Source: Pseudomonadota bacterium
GTDB lineage: Bacteria; Pseudomonadota; Gammaproteobacteria; Burkholderiales; JALYOK01
Direction of reading: 5' to 3'
DNA length: 58,812 bases
NCBI GenBank assembly: GCA_031419835.1
Contig: JANOLP010000197.1
Location: 1 to 58,812 of the forward strand
Position numbers and translations under genes: made by a program. Shown here piece by piece: positions 57,208 to 58,812 of the stretch. The notes beneath the pieces are model-generated. The model did not search any database and was not told the DNA's origin. It saw only the letters and a program-made list of their open reading frames with translations. Positions within the stretch are counted from its first letter, which is position 1; every line of letters begins with the position of its first letter.

Positions 57208-58812
57208 CTAAACTTTGATACCCCGCACAAGTTCGCGCCGCAGTAGCAGCAACGGCGCGTTAACCGCTTCTTGAAGAGCTGCGGCCACTTTCGCGCTGGC
57301 GTGACGTTCGGCGTTCGCTTGCGCGTAAAGCGTGGTGCGCTGCTGTGGATCGCGCCCGATGGCGCGAATCAGCGCTTCCATGGCATCTACACCGAGTTCC
57401 TGGCCGTGCGATGCACCTGCGGCACGGCTAATCGATTCGTTCATCAGCGTGCCGCCCATATCGTTTGCGCCCGCTTGCAAACAATGTTGCGCCCAGCGCG
57501 GCCCGAGCTTGACCCAGGAAACTTGAATGTTGCGAATATGCGGGTGCAGCACCAAGCGCGCAACGGCGTGCATCAAAATCGTCTCGCGCAAACTTGGGCC
57601 TTTGCGGGTGCGTCCCTTTAAATACAAGGGTGCTTCCATATGCACGAACGGCAGGGGTACAAACTCGGTGAAGCCACCACTGCGCTGCTGTTGATCGCGC
57701 AGATGCAACAAATGCCGCGCCCAGTGGCGATAGTTTTCCAAATGACCAAACATAATGGTCGAGGTCGTTCGCAAACCGAGTTTATGGGCTTCGCCCATGA
57801 TGTTGAGCCACTCTTGCGTGTTGACCTTATCGGGGCAGATTTCGCGACGAACTTCATCGTCGAGAATTTCCGCCGCTGTGCCGGGCAATGAACCTAATCC
57901 GGCAGATTTTAATTCACGCAAAAACTCGTTAATCGAAAGGCCAAGCGTTTTTGCGCCATGGGTGATTTCCAGCGGCGAAAAAGCGTGCACGTGAATCTGC
58001 GGGGCCGCTGCTTTTGCCGTACGGCAAATGTCCAAATAGGTATCACCGGTAAATGCGGGGTGAATACCGCCTTGCATACACACCTCGGTAGCGCCGCGCT
58101 GCCACGCCTCACGCACACGCCGCGCGATTTCCGACAACTCCACCATATAGGGTTGGCCGCGCAACTCCTCGTGGGTTTTGCCTTTGGAAAATGCGCAGAA
58201 GCCGCAGTGGTAAAGGCAGACGTTGGTGTAGTTAATGTTGCGCGTGACGACGTAACGCACCGTGTCACCCACCGTGGCTTTGCGCAACTCATCTGCTGCG
58301 CGGCAGATGTGCTGAAAGTCTCCGCCACGCGCGTTAAATAGCAGCGAAATTTCGGCTTCGTTCAACTCGCTTCCCGCTGCTGCGCGCTGCACCAAACTGG
58401 CGATGGGTCGAGTGACGGCGAGTGTCGGGCGCGGGGCGACGTCGCCCTCATCGGCTGTGGCATCGACACCACCCAAGCCAGGCGCCCACGGCCCAGGGCG
58501 CGCCAATCCGCCGCTATCACTCAAGCGCAATACCTGCGCATGCAACCGCGGCGCAATCCATTGATCGCGCGCTTCGATATATTTCGGGTAGACCGTCAAG
58601 CGCTCAACCAAGAAGTGACCGGCACGTTCGGTTTGCGCCGCGAGGTGATCGAGATGCGGCCAGGGTGCTTCAGGGTTGACGTGATCGGGCGTGACCGGTG
58701 ACACCCCACCCCAGTCATTAATGCCTGCGCGGATCGGCTCGACGAGATCGCCGTCATAGAGATTGGGTGGCGCTTGAATGCTCATGTGCGCGCCGAATAT
58801 CAGGCGCGCAAC
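57208..58812 (-). CDS. fbiC: FO (7,8-didemethyl-8-hydroxy-5-deazariboflavin) synthase, bifunctional FbiC type; N-terminus outside the window
   Basis: The frame stays open past the ORF-track Met to the window edge (VARLIFGAHMSIQAPPNL). Complete CofH-like radical-SAM half with CLYHCGFC, preceded by the tail of a CofG-like half. Confidence 0.8.
   Translation of the reverse strand, partial: VARLIFGAHMSIQAPPNLYDGDLVEPIRAGINDWGGVSPVTPDHVNPEAPWPHLDHLAAQTERAGHFLVERLTVYPKYIEARDQWIAPRLHAQVLRLSDSGGLARPGPWAPGLGGVDATADEGDVAPRPTLAVTRPIASLVQRAAAGSELNEAEISLLFNARGGDFQHICRAADELRKATVGDTVRYVVTRNINYTNVCLYHCGFCAFSKGKTHEELRGQPYMVELSEIARRVREAWQRGATEVCMQGGIHPAFTGDTYLDICRTAKAAAPQIHVHAFSPLEITHGAKTLGLSINEFLRELKSAGLGSLPGTAAEILDDEVRREICPDKVNTQEWLNIMGEAHKLGLRTTSTIMFGHLENYRHWARHLLHLRDQQQRSGGFTEFVPLPFVHMEAPLYLKGRTRKGPSLRETILMHAVARLVLHPHIRNIQVSWVKLGPRWAQHCLQAGANDMGGTLMNESISRAAGASHGQELGVDAMEALIRAIGRDPQQRTTLYAQANAERHASAKVAAALQEAVNAPLLLLRRELVRGIKV

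Overview
This is a chromosomal, mostly housekeeping segment with gammaproteobacterial gene order. Two blocks match E. coli synteny: queG<->tsaE-amidase-mutL, and maf<->yceD-rpmF-plsX-fabHDG-acpP-fabF-mltG-tmk-holB-tatD. Left to right the window holds: two tandem paralogous osmoprotectant-type ABC importer modules (ATPase plus fused binding-protein/permease), the second with eroded motifs; a class II aldolase, a secreted hypothetical, NudL, a lipoprotein, DUF924 and an SDR; a glycogen cluster (glgB, glgC, two GH57 genes); queG/tsaE/amidase/mutL/rnhB; thiolase, folA and a DAACS symporter; a PPOX-like/FAD-monooxygenase/DUF3500 operon; a cupin-paaABCDE operon with no other paa genes in view; the fab/rpmF cluster; a small oxidoreductase/hydratase/RidA/DUF1272 cluster; adaA-alkA/ogt; srkA; ettA; and a 5'-truncated fbiC (FO synthase). 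I saw no CRISPR array, rRNA or tRNA gene, transposase, integrase or recognisable defence or toxin system. The strongest signal not explained by genes is non-coding. Several families of palindromic REP/MITE-like elements fill many intergenic gaps, including an approximately 270-bp modular element present three times. These families share a GTC + 5-bp stem + GCGAA-containing loop scaffold in which the stems covary. Other points worth a second look are a DUF1272 gene interrupted by an in-frame TGA, an orphan + strand intrinsic terminator (candidate sRNA), a unique nested palindrome between the two GH57 genes, and TATAAT boxes directly abutting the tsaE and mutL start codons. All calls come from reading the translations and sequence by eye. 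No database search was run.
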